Shown: positions 1 to 8,675, counted from the stretch's first letter. The stretch is 57,159 nt of DNA from Clostridia bacterium (GCA_017452895.1 JAFTLE010000071.1:1-57159), one strand, 5' to 3'. The notes: a model not told the origin generated them from the letters alone. Made by a program: numbers and translations.

Positions 1-149
1 ATAAAGCCGCCGTGGCGCACAGCACCGAGCAGCGAGCCCGAGGATAGCGAGTAGCGGAGCCCCATTGCGTCGCACGCCGAGGAAAATTTATCAAGCAGAT
101 CGAGGCCGACGGCGTGGATCGCTGCGGTCAGTTCTTCGGTTCTTTCCAA
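1..149 (-). CDS. LicD-family phosphotransferase, N-terminal fragment running off the window edge
   Basis: The minus-strand frame from TTG 147-149 (GGGGG about 7 nt upstream) reads ERTEELTAAIHAVGLDLLDKFSSACDAMGLRYSLSSGSLLGAVRHGGF. The SLLGAVRH block is the LicD N-terminal signature. It is truncated, so it is absent from the ORF track. Confidence 0.5.
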   Translation of the reverse strand, partial: MERTEELTAAIHAVGLDLLDKFSSACDAMGLRYSLSSGSLLGAVRHGGF

Positions 150-231
150 GATCAACCCCCCTTTTTCAATAATGCTATTATATACCAAACCTCGCAGTTT
201 GTCAAGCAGAGACGAAAAAGCGCGGGGGCGG

Positions 232-261
232 TTGACGCGCGCCCACCTTGTGTGCTATACT
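232..261 (+). promoter_or_regulatory. sigma-A-like promoter for the MFS-GH2 gene
   Basis: TTGACG (232-237), an 18-nt spacer, then TGcTATACT (-10 at 256-261), about 30 nt upstream of ATG 292. Confidence 0.4.
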
Positions 262-291
262 GAGGAAAACGAAGCCTTATCGGAGGAGCTT

Positions 292-3267
292 ATGAACGCT
301 ACGCGCCGTACCCGCTTTTACTCCGCGCTCGTCCTGTTCAGCCTGATCGGACAGATTGCGTGGGTGGTTGAGAATATGTATCTCAACGTCTTCCTTTATA
401 AAATGTTCGGGGCATCCGCCGCCGACATCTCCTATATGGTGATGGCGAGCGCGGTATCCGCCGCACTGACCACCTTTCTCGTCGGTGCGCTCTCAGACCG
501 ACTCGCGCGGCGGCGCATCTTCATCGCGGGGGGCTATATCCTCTGGGGGCTATCCATCCTCGCCTTTTCGCTTTTGCGCCTTGAACTGATCGCCGCCGTG
601 ATCCCCGCTACGGCATCTGCCGCGGCGGTCGGTGTTACACTCGTGATCGTCCTTGACTGCGTGATGACCTTCTTCGGTTCCTCTGCCAACGACGCTGCGT
701 TCAACGCCTGGCTGACTGAGGCGGTCGACAGCCGTCACCGCGGCAGGGCAGAGGGGATCAACGCAATGATGCCGTTGGTCGCAATCCTCGCCGTGTTCGG
801 CGGTTTTATGGCGTTCGACCTCGATCTGCCGCAAAGCTGGACCTATATCTTCTGCATCATCGGCGGGGTCGTGCTTGTCGTCGGTGTGCTGGGCTTCTTC
901 CTCATTGAGGATACGCCGCGAGCAGAGCGCGACGGCTATTTGCAAACCTTAGTTTACAGCTTCCGTCCCTCGACCGTCATGCGCGCACCCCGCCTCTACC
1001 TCTATCTTGCCGCCTTCGTCCTTTTCAACATTTCAATCCAGATTTTTATGCCCTACCTCATTCTTTACTATGAGGTCTCCCTCGGTATGGAGAATTACGT
1101 GCTGGTGATGGCACCCGCCATCCTTCTGGCGGCGGCGGTCACGGCGTTCTACGGCAGGGTCTACGACCGCCGCGGCTTCTCCTTCTCGATCGCCTTCTCT
1201 CTGCTTTGGCTGATGGCGGGCTATCTTTTGCTCTTTTTCACGCGCACGACGCTCCCCGTGTTTTTCGGCTCGCTTCTGATGATGTGCGGCTACCTCTCTG
1301 GCATGGCGGTCTTCGGCGCGAAAATCCGCGACCTGATTCCTGCGGGGATGGCGGGTCGTTTTCAGGGTGTGCGCATCGCGGCGCAGGTGCTTTTGCCCGG
1401 TGTAATCGGCCCCTTCATCGGTAAGACCGTTCTGCAAAACGCGAAAACGCTGCAAAACAGCGACGGCACGGTCTCCTTTATCCCGAACGCAAGCATTTTC
1501 CTCGCCGCGCTCTGTGCGGCGGCGGCACTGCTTTTATTCCTGCTTCTGATGCCGCGGCAAAAGCCGCGTACGGTCGACCTCACGACTCCCTTTGAGGGCG
1601 ATGCCGACGCATGGATGCGCGTCTATCCGCGTCCACAAATGCGGCGCGACTCCTTCGTTTCGCTCTGCGGCACGTGGCAGCTTTCGGTCAAGCGTGGGGA
1701 GCTATGCACGCCGCTCGGTGAAATCCGTGTCCCCTTCGCGCCGGAATCGCGGCTCTCCGGCATCCGGCGCACGCTGGCGCGTGGGGAGGAATGGGTCTAT
1801 GAGCGCAGCTTCACGCCCCCGCGTGAGAACGCACGCGTTCTGCTCCACTTCGGTGCCGTTGACCAGACCTGCGCGGTTTTTGTGAACCGCAAGTTAGCAG
1901 GAAAGCATGTCGGCGGCTATCTCCCCTTCTCGCTCGATATTACGCCCTACCTCACCGATGGGGAAAACCTGCTTACAGTCACGGTACGCGATCCGCTTGA
2001 TCGCAACCTTCCCTACGGCAAGCAGCGCAAAAAACGCGGCGGTATGTGGTACACGCCGATCAGCGGCATCTGGCAGCCCGTGTGGCTGGAGTCGGTGCCG
2101 CACTACCACTTCCGCTCGATGATGATCACGCCGAAGGAGGATACGATCCGCATATTCGTGAAGGGCGGCGGTGAGCAGAAGACCCTCACCCTCGGCGACG
2201 AGGTCTACACCTTTCTTGGCAATGTCGTCGAATTTACACCGCGCGTGCGCCACCTGTGGACGCCTGAGGATCCCTATCTTTACGAGTTCACCCTCACCGA
2301 CGGCACCGATACCGTGCATTCCTACTTCGCGTGGCGCACCGTCGGCACGCTAAAGTGCGGCGCACGGCAAGTGATGGCGCTCAACGGCAAGCCCTATTTC
2401 TTCCACGGTCTGCTCGATCAGGGCTACTTCCCCGACGGTATCTATACACCCGCATCCCCCGACGGCTATCTTGCCGATATCCGCCGCGCAAAGGAGCTTG
2501 GCTTCAATATGCTGCGCAAGCATATCAAGATCGAGCCCGAGCTATTTTACTACTACTGCGACAAATACGGCATCGCGCTCTTTCAGGATCTCGTCAACAG
2601 CGGCCGCTACAGCTTTCTGCTCGACACCGCCCTGCCGACCGTCGGCATCCGTCGCGGCATCCGCCATAAGGCGAGCAAGCGTCAATTCCGACAGTTCCGC
2701 ACCGACGCGCGCGCAACTCTCTACCACCTCTACAACCACCCCTCGGTCATCTCCTACACGATCTTCAACGAGGGCTGGGGTCAGCACGATGCCGACAGAT
2801 ATTACTGCGTACTCAAAAGGATTGAGAAGGTACGACCGCTTGACACCGCCTCGGGCTGGTTCAAACCAAAGCGGAGCGACTTTGAAAGCGAGCATATCTA
2901 CTTCAAAAGAATCGACCTGCGTCCGAAGACCGACCGTGCGCTTTTTCTCTCTGAGTTTGGCGGCTATTCGCTAAGGGTCGACGGACACGTCTTCAACATT
3001 GACAAGGCATACGGCTACCGCACCTACCGTGACCCCGCCGCGCTCACCGCGGGGCTTTCCTCCCTCTATCTTGACGAGGTGCTGCCACAAATTGAAAGAA
3101 ACGGTCTTTCCGCCGCGGTGCTGACCCAGCTATCCGACGTGGAGGACGAGATCAACGGCCTGCTCACCTACGACCGACAGATTGTGAAGGTCGACCGCGC
3201 AGAGCTGCAAAAGATCGCCGCCGCACTTTTCGCGGCGTTCGATGCCTACTGCAAAAAAAATATGTAA
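292..3267 (+). CDS. MFS-type permease fused to a glycoside hydrolase family 2 domain
   Basis: This is a single uninterrupted ORF. The preferred start is ATG 292 (GGAGGAG RBS) rather than the track start at 172. The N-terminal ~460 aa show a multi-TM MFS pattern. The C-terminal ~530 aa show GH2 hallmarks: LLHFGAVDQTCAVFVNRKLAGKHVGGYLPFSLDIT, NHPSVISYTIFNEGWG and LFLSEFGG. Confidence 0.8.
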   Translation: MNATRRTRFYSALVLFSLIGQIAWVVENMYLNVFLYKMFGASAADISYMVMASAVSAALTTFLVGALSDRLARRRIFIAGGYILWGLSILAFSLLRLELIAAVIPATASAAAVGVTLVIVLDCVMTFFGSSANDAAFNAWLTEAVDSRHRGRAEGINAMMPLVAILAVFGGFMAFDLDLPQSWTYIFCIIGGVVLVVGVLGFFLIEDTPRAERDGYLQTLVYSFRPSTVMRAPRLYLYLAAFVLFNISIQIFMPYLILYYEVSLGMENYVLVMAPAILLAAAVTAFYGRVYDRRGFSFSIAFSLLWLMAGYLLLFFTRTTLPVFFGSLLMMCGYLSGMAVFGAKIRDLIPAGMAGRFQGVRIAAQVLLPGVIGPFIGKTVLQNAKTLQNSDGTVSFIPNASIFLAALCAAAALLLFLLLMPRQKPRTVDLTTPFEGDADAWMRVYPRPQMRRDSFVSLCGTWQLSVKRGELCTPLGEIRVPFAPESRLSGIRRTLARGEEWVYERSFTPPRENARVLLHFGAVDQTCAVFVNRKLAGKHVGGYLPFSLDITPYLTDGENLLTVTVRDPLDRNLPYGKQRKKRGGMWYTPISGIWQPVWLESVPHYHFRSMMITPKEDTIRIFVKGGGEQKTLTLGDEVYTFLGNVVEFTPRVRHLWTPEDPYLYEFTLTDGTDTVHSYFAWRTVGTLKCGARQVMALNGKPYFFHGLLDQGYFPDGIYTPASPDGYLADIRRAKELGFNMLRKHIKIEPELFYYYCDKYGIALFQDLVNSGRYSFLLDTALPTVGIRRGIRHKASKRQFRQFRTDARATLYHLYNHPSVISYTIFNEGWGQHDADRYYCVLKRIEKVRPLDTASGWFKPKRSDFESEHIYFKRIDLRPKTDRALFLSEFGGYSLRVDGHVFNIDKAYGYRTYRDPAALTAGLSSLYLDEVLPQIERNGLSAAVLTQLSDVEDEINGLLTYDRQIVKVDRAELQKIAAALFAAFDAYCKKNM

Positions 3268-3468
3268 TCAATCATTTGCAAAAAAGAGCTGCCTTTGAAG
3301 TGAGTCAAAGGCTTCGACAAAAATCAAATATTAATTTGTTAATGAATGAGCCCGGTTCAGTACCGGGCTCATTCCTATTAATAATGGCGCTCTCTCATAT
3401 CCATTGTAACACCAATTCTTAATTCTGGCGAATAATTCTTATTTTTTCTTCCTGCTTTACCCATAAAA

Positions 3469-3508
3469 ATATGCACCTCCAAAAGTGTCAAACCTTTGGG
3501 GTGCATAT
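3469..3508 (-). terminator. intrinsic terminator after the PQ-loop protein gene
   Basis: Hairpin ATATGCACC(t)CCAAAG / CTTTGGGGTGCATAT. On the minus strand it is followed by ATTTTTA, directly after the stop at 3517. Confidence 0.55.
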
Positions 3509-3516
3509 CATTACCG

Positions 3517-3813
3517 TCAGCCCGCCTTTTTGTCAAGTGCGCGGTTGCGGAAGTAAAGAACAAGATCCGCCCCCACCATAATCAAATTCAGGAAATAAAA
3601 GACCAAAACGTACCATTTTTCGGCAAAGTTCGCCATATACGTCTCGTTTGAAAATTTGGACGCGATGCCCGCGATATACCCGAAGAAGATCAGGCAGAGA
3701 AAGAGCAAGCTCTTTCCCTTCGCAGAACGCGCGCGGTAGGATTTGACCACGTTAAACGGCCAGGATACGCCAAAGCTGACGACCATAACGATTTCAAGAA
3801 TTTCTGCTAGCAT
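3517..3813 (-). CDS. small 3-TM membrane protein, PQ-loop/SemiSWEET-like
   Basis: 98-aa ORF from ATG 3811-3813 with a GTGAGGA RBS. WPFNVVKSYRARSAKGKSLLFL resembles the PQ-loop signature. The 199-aa track ORF extends backwards across a promoter and a terminator and is not supported. Confidence 0.6.
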   Translation of the reverse strand: MLAEILEIVMVVSFGVSWPFNVVKSYRARSAKGKSLLFLCLIFFGYIAGIASKFSNETYMANFAEKWYVLVFYFLNLIMVGADLVLYFRNRALDKKAG

Positions 3814-3843
3814 TTCAATGTCCTCACTTTCTTTTTCGATATG

Positions 3844-3872
3844 ATTATAGCATCTTCCGCCACGCTTGTCAA
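3844..3872 (-). promoter_or_regulatory. consensus sigma-A promoter for the PQ-loop protein gene
   Basis: On the minus strand: TTGACA (3867-3872), a 17-nt spacer, then TATAAT (3844-3849). This lies about 30 nt upstream of the start codon. Confidence 0.55.
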
Positions 3873-3882
3873 GGAAAAACGC

Positions 3883-3916
3883 AAAAAAGAAAACCCCGAT
3901 GCGGCGTGCATCGGGG
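3883..3916 (-). terminator. intrinsic terminator ending the structured RNA
   Basis: Minus strand CCCCGATGC-ACGCC-GCATCGGGG (3894-3916) followed by TTTTCTTTTTT. Confidence 0.75.
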
Positions 3917-4060
3917 TCCCTTAAAGGGATGGAGAAAAAGGAGGTTTCACCGCCGTACCAGGCCGTGTATTGCGGAACACGGGGCGGCATTCGTCCTGCG
4001 GTGGGGGACCGTCGGGACAGGTACGCGAGGAGCGAGGCGTTTGCTCCTCTTGATACCATT
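3883..4060 (-). ncRNA. candidate structured RNA of unassigned class (riboswitch-like or stand-alone sRNA)
   Basis: There is no credible ORF here. Several perfect short helices form a three-way junction, followed by a terminator (see finding). A TATAAT sits at 4061-4066 on the minus strand without a good -35 element. Confidence 0.4.
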
Positions 4061-4223
4061 ATAGGTCGGTGACCTAAAATGAAATTTAAAGGAAAAATTT
4101 TTTCGAATTTTTTCAAACGAAAGGGGAAAAGGCTCCCTTTCCGATTCTGTCAACAAAAGCTTACATTCTACGCGCTCAAAGCGCGTTTTGAAGCCCAAAG
4201 AAACTCGCTCCCTTTTTTCTGCC

Positions 4224-5435
4224 TCAGAGAAGAACGCTGACGGTCAGACTCCTTCCGTCCTCGCTTCTCGCCGTAATTTTTCCCTTATGCGTGCGCACGA
4301 TCGCCGCCGCAACCGCAAGGCCGATGCCGTGGCCGCCCTGCTCCGAATTGCGCGAGGCATCCGCACGGTAAAAGCGCTCGAAGAGTTGATCGTGGTTGCC
4401 GACCTCGATCTCGCTCACCGTATTTTTCACCGTGATCCGTCGGGTCCGCCCCGACTCCGTGAGTGCGAGGCAGACCTCGCCGTCGGTATACTTGAACGCG
4501 TTGTCAAGCAAAAGAGCGATCAGGCGTGAGAGTGACGCGGCATCGCCAAGCATATGCACCTCGGGCGCGATCTCTGCGGTAAACGCGATCCCACGCGCGT
4601 TTGCGACGGGGTGAAAGGACTCCGCCGCCTCGGTAAGAAGCTCCGAAAGGCAGAGCTCCGCCATCGGCAGCTTGCCCTCCGACTCCTCCATACGCGACAA
4701 AAGCACGAGCTTTTCGGTCAGCTCGGTCAGCCGCTCGGTCTGCTTTTTGATGCTCTCGGTCCACTCGCTCTCGCCGTTTTCCATCTCAATGACCTCCGCG
4801 TCGGCGCGGATGATCGTCAGCGGTGTTTTCAGCTCGTGCCCCGCATCGGTGATGAAGCGGCGCTGCTTTCGGTAGGTCTCGGCAATCGGCGACATCACCA
4901 CGCGGGCGAAGAAGCAGACCAGCACGAAGACGAGCAGCAGCGAGATCATGCTGATGATAAAGCTGCTGGTGAGAAAGGTGTAAAAGCTGTTGAGCTCGCG
5001 GCTGCAATCGAGAAAGATATAAAGCTCGCCGCCGTCGCGCACGGTCACGGTATACTTGTAGCCCTCGTAAAAGTCGCTTTGCTCGCCGTCCTTAACCGCA
5101 AGTGCCATGGAGATCGCATCCTCCTCACGCACGGGGTCGTCACGCCCGAACTGCGCGTAGCTCTCCCCCTCGTCCTCCGAGAAAAAGACGGTGAAGTAGC
5201 GCATATCGAAGACCGACTCGGACGAAAGCTCGTGCTTTTTCAGAATGTCGATGACCTCAGGGCCCAGCTCCGCCTCCTTCCCACCGATGTCACAGAGGAA
5301 GGCGAGACGGTTGTCGATCTGCTCGTTGAGACTGCGAAAGGACGCAAGATTGATGGCGAACATCATCACGAACAGCACGATGAACACCGAGATCATCGTG
5401 ACCTCGATAAACTTACGGCGCAGCTTTTTGATCAT
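4224..5435 (-). CDS. sensor histidine kinase (two TM segments, HisKA, HATPase_c)
   Basis: Start MIKKLRRKFIEVTMISVFIVLFV at ATG 5433-5435. H-box GHELKTPLTIIRADAEV, plus N/G-box regions (LLDNAFKYT, GGHGIGLAV). It overlaps the end of the response-regulator gene by 23 nt. Confidence 0.9.
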   Translation of the reverse strand: MIKKLRRKFIEVTMISVFIVLFVMMFAINLASFRSLNEQIDNRLAFLCDIGGKEAELGPEVIDILKKHELSSESVFDMRYFTVFFSEDEGESYAQFGRDDPVREEDAISMALAVKDGEQSDFYEGYKYTVTVRDGGELYIFLDCSRELNSFYTFLTSSFIISMISLLLVFVLVCFFARVVMSPIAETYRKQRRFITDAGHELKTPLTIIRADAEVIEMENGESEWTESIKKQTERLTELTEKLVLLSRMEESEGKLPMAELCLSELLTEAAESFHPVANARGIAFTAEIAPEVHMLGDAASLSRLIALLLDNAFKYTDGEVCLALTESGRTRRITVKNTVSEIEVGNHDQLFERFYRADASRNSEQGGHGIGLAVAAAIVRTHKGKITARSEDGRSLTVSVLL

Positions 5436-6102
5436 CGGCGTCCTCCAGCGAATAGCCAAGATTGCGGTTTGAGCGAATCTGCACCCGACTTGAAAGCGAT
5501 GCGATCTTTTTCCGTAAATAGGAGATATAGACCCAGACCACATTCAGCTCCGCTTCACTGTCAAGCCCCCAGATCTTCTCCATAAACCGCTCGGTCGAGA
5601 TGACGTGGTGCGGATTCTGCATCAGAAGCTCCATCATCTGATATTCCTTGTTCGGGAGCCGCACGCTGCCGCTGCTACCCGACAGCTCAAAGGTCGCGCG
5701 GTTGAGCGAAAGATCGGCAAAGCAGAGGCTGGAGTCCTGCGCGTCGCGGCTACGCGTCATCGCGCGGATGCGCGCCAGAAGCTCCTTCGTGGCAAAGGGC
5801 TTCGTCAGATAATCGTTGGCGCCCGATTCAAGCCCCAGCACCTTATCGTCGACCTCCGCCTTCGCCGTGAGCATCAGGATCGGAATCCGCACACCCTTGG
5901 CACGCGCCCTTTTAAGGACGGTGATCCCGTCCATCTTCGGCATCATAATATCGAGGATCGCGGCATCGTAAAGTCCGCTTTCAAGATACGCCAGCGCATC
6001 CTCCCCGTCGAATACGGGATCCACCGTGTAGTGATTGTGCTGTAGGATCGTTACGAGGACGCGGGAAAGATCCTTTTCGTCCTCCGCAAGTAACAGTCGC
6101 AT
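5413..6102 (-). CDS. OmpR/PhoB-family response regulator
   Basis: Start MRLLLAEDEKDL at ATG 6100-6102 with an AAGGAGGAAG RBS. Receiver motifs (DIMMPKMDG, LTAK) and a winged-helix C-terminus (YISYLRKKI). Confidence 0.92.
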   Translation of the reverse strand: MRLLLAEDEKDLSRVLVTILQHNHYTVDPVFDGEDALAYLESGLYDAAILDIMMPKMDGITVLKRARAKGVRIPILMLTAKAEVDDKVLGLESGANDYLTKPFATKELLARIRAMTRSRDAQDSSLCFADLSLNRATFELSGSSGSVRLPNKEYQMMELLMQNPHHVISTERFMEKIWGLDSEAELNVVWVYISYLRKKIASLSSRVQIRSNRNLGYSLEDADDQKAAP

Positions 6103-6332
6103 ACGCTTCCTCCTTTTATTTGCTTTCTGAAAGATAGTATACACACCCGACTAAAATCAAATTAAAACATACTACTTTTAGTATATCGTCGAGCTTTCCT
6201 TTTTTCAAGTCCCCTCGTCTCTTTTTTTCTGCATTTTGTCAAAAATGATTGATTTTGGCGCCGCGCTGTGTTAAACTTGATTTTAAGGAGCCGATTTATA
6301 CTCTATACAACGAACGGCGAAAGGATATCCGT

Positions 6333-7574
6333 ATGAAGCTTTGTAAGCATATTTTGGCGACGGTCTCTCTTCTGCTTGCTCTCCTTATTCTCCCGGGCTG
6401 TGCCCTGACGATGCACTCGCGGGATATTGAGGACGCGCATTTTAACGAGAAGGGTGAGCTCGTCGTAACCTATAAGGACGGCTCGACCCAGACCCTCGGC
6501 GGCGCGGAGAGCGGCGAGGGCGCTGCCCCCAGCGTCAATCTGACGGTAAACGGCACGGAAAGCGACATCGCGAACGCCACCACGAAGGGGCTGCAGAGTG
6601 CGGTCACCGTGCTGGTGGGCGGCTCGATCTCTGGCTCCGGCGTGATCTACCTGATGGATAAGAGCGCGGGCGATGCCTTCATCATCACGAACTACCACGT
6701 CGTATACGATAGCTACCGCGGCCGCGTGAGCAACGAGCTTTCACTCTATCTTTACGGCGCGGAATACGAATCGCTTGAAATTCCCGCCACCTACGTCGGC
6801 GGCTCGATGTATTACGATATCGCCGTCCTTCGCATAGAAGACAGCGAGCGTCTGCGCAGCTCCACTGCCGTGGCGACGGTAGAGCTTGCAGACTCCGACC
6901 TGACCTCGGTCGGGACGGAGGCGATCGCCGTCGGCAATCCGCGCGGCCTCGGACTCTCCGCCACCTACGGCATCGTGAGCGTGGATTCCGAATCCATCAC
7001 GATGAAGGCGGCTGACGAATCGACGACGGTCTCACTGCGCGTTTTACGCATTGACACCGCGGTCAACAACGGCAACAGCGGCGGCGGCCTTTACGATGCG
7101 TGTGGCAAGCTGATCGGTATCGTGAATGCGAAGATCAGCTCCACCTCGGTTGAGAACATCGCCTACGCGATCCCCTCGAACGTCGTGCGCGCGGTCGCTG
7201 ACAACATCATCGATCACTGCTACGGCACGTCGCTTCAGACGGTCCAGCGCCCGACCCTCGGCATCTCGATCTCGCTCAAGGATTCCTCTGCCGTCATCAA
7301 TACCGAAACGGGCGGCCTTTCGATCGTTGAGACCGTCATCGTCTCCTCCGACGTCACCAGCGGCCCTGCCAAGGGTCAGCTGAAGCGCGGCGACGTCCTG
7401 CGATCGATCAAGATCGGCGACGGTGCGGCACGCAGCATCACGCGCTCCTACCACGCGGTCGACGCTATGCTTGACGCACGCGTCGGCGACACGGTCGAGA
7501 TCACCGTCCTGCGCGGCAACGATAGCGTTACGGCGAGCTTTACGGTGACCGAATCGATGCTTGTTTCGCGTTAA
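6333..7574 (+). CDS. HtrA/DegP-like trypsin-type serine protease lipoprotein with a C-terminal PDZ-like domain
   Basis: ATG 6333. Lipobox LLILPGC. Catalytic triad context TNYHVV, YDIAVLRI, GNSGGGL. The C-terminal GQLKRGDVLRSIKIGD is PDZ-like. Confidence 0.88.
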   Translation: MKLCKHILATVSLLLALLILPGCALTMHSRDIEDAHFNEKGELVVTYKDGSTQTLGGAESGEGAAPSVNLTVNGTESDIANATTKGLQSAVTVLVGGSISGSGVIYLMDKSAGDAFIITNYHVVYDSYRGRVSNELSLYLYGAEYESLEIPATYVGGSMYYDIAVLRIEDSERLRSSTAVATVELADSDLTSVGTEAIAVGNPRGLGLSATYGIVSVDSESITMKAADESTTVSLRVLRIDTAVNNGNSGGGLYDACGKLIGIVNAKISSTSVENIAYAIPSNVVRAVADNIIDHCYGTSLQTVQRPTLGISISLKDSSAVINTETGGLSIVETVIVSSDVTSGPAKGQLKRGDVLRSIKIGDGAARSITRSYHAVDAMLDARVGDTVEITVLRGNDSVTASFTVTESMLVSR

Positions 7575-7596
7575 CAATGCGTCTCTCTTTCTTTTC

Positions 7597-7627
7597 GGAC
7601 CGCCCCGCTCGGGGCGGTCCTTTTTTC
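7597..7627 (+). terminator. intrinsic terminator after the protease gene
   Basis: GGACCGCCCC-GCTC-GGGGCGGTCC followed by TTTTTT. Confidence 0.8.
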
Positions 7628-7633
7628 TGCTTT

Positions 7634-7658
7634 AAATTTGCGAATTTTTCGCAAATTT
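7634..7658. promoter_or_regulatory. 25-bp perfect palindrome, candidate Zur-type operator
   Basis: AAATTTGCGAA-TTT-TTCGCAAATTT abuts the -35 of the znuA promoter. Confidence 0.5.
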
Positions 7659-7659
7659 A

Positions 7660-7688
7660 TTGACAAGCGGCGCGCGGTATGGTATCAT
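7660..7688 (+). promoter_or_regulatory. sigma-A-like promoter of znuAC
   Basis: TTGACA (7660-7665), a 17-nt spacer, then TGgTATCAT (-10 at 7683-7688). Confidence 0.55.
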
Positions 7689-7720
7689 AGGTTCACCAAA
7701 AAACTAGAAAAGGCTTCCCA

Positions 7721-8665
7721 ATGAAAAAATTTCTATCGCTTTTCCTTGCCCTCCTTCTTCTGTTACCGCTTGCCGCCTGCGGCGGCGGGGAGAAGGACGG
7801 CAAAATACAGGTCGTTTGCACCTCCTTTGCCGCATACGATTGGGTACGCGTGCTGACGGCGGGGCGCGCCGACCGCTATGAAATCACCTATCTGCTCGAC
7901 AACGGCATTGATATCCACAGCTACGAGCCGTCGACCGCCGATGTTGCGCGGATCGCGGACTGCGATCTTTTCCTCTATGTTGGCGGCGCGGCGGAGGATG
8001 CGTGGGTGTCCGACGTGCTTGCCCTCTCGGGTGACGGTACGCGGCGCGCCCTCTCGCTGCTCTCGCTTCTTGGGGATGCGGTCATCTGTCTTGACGGCGA
8101 CGCGCACGACCACGCCGACCACGCACACGCATCGGACGAGCACGTCTGGCTCTCGCTGAAGAATGCGCAGGTGCTTTGCACGGCGATCGCCGACGCGCTC
8201 TCTTCGCTCGACCCCGACGGTGCCGCGGTATATGACGAAAGCCTTGACAGCTACCTCGACGCGCTCGGCGCGCTCGATCTTCGCTACGCTGAAGCGGTCG
8301 CGGCGGCAAAAACCGACACGCTCGTGCTTGCAGACCGTCACCCCTTCCGCTATCTTGCGCGCGATTATGGGCTTTCGGTCGTCGCCGCCTTCGACGGCTG
8401 TACGACCGACGCGACCGCAACCTTTGAAACGCCGATTCGTCTGGCGCAGGCGATCGATCAGGGCGACATTCACACCGTGCTGATCCTCGATCACGGCGAC
8501 GACGCGCTCGCGCGCACCGCAATCTCCCACACGGCGACGGGGGATCAGTCGATTTGCAGTCTTACCTCGCTGCAATCGGTAAAGAAAAGCGAGCTTGACG
8601 GAACGCTTACCTACCTTTCTGCAATGGAAGAAAATCTCGCGGTGCTGACTGCCGCGCTGAACTAA
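7721..8665 (+). CDS. znuA: metal (probably zinc) ABC transporter substrate-binding lipoprotein, TroA/ZnuA family
   Basis: Lipobox LPLAACGG. His/Asp-rich loop DGDAHDHADHAHASDEHVW, typical of Zn-specific ZnuA/AdcA. Cluster-9 SBP layout. Confidence 0.85.
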   Translation: MKKFLSLFLALLLLLPLAACGGGEKDGKIQVVCTSFAAYDWVRVLTAGRADRYEITYLLDNGIDIHSYEPSTADVARIADCDLFLYVGGAAEDAWVSDVLALSGDGTRRALSLLSLLGDAVICLDGDAHDHADHAHASDEHVWLSLKNAQVLCTAIADALSSLDPDGAAVYDESLDSYLDALGALDLRYAEAVAAAKTDTLVLADRHPFRYLARDYGLSVVAAFDGCTTDATATFETPIRLAQAIDQGDIHTVLILDHGDDALARTAISHTATGDQSICSLTSLQSVKKSELDGTLTYLSAMEENLAVLTAALN

Positions 8666-8675
8666 AGGAGCTTTT

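Noticed and set aside
3866-4198. 68-aa (+) and 83-aa (-) ORFs in the structured-RNA region
   Set aside because: No RBS. The translations are basic and low-complexity, and the ORFs overlap perfect RNA helices and a terminator. The region is better explained as non-coding RNA.
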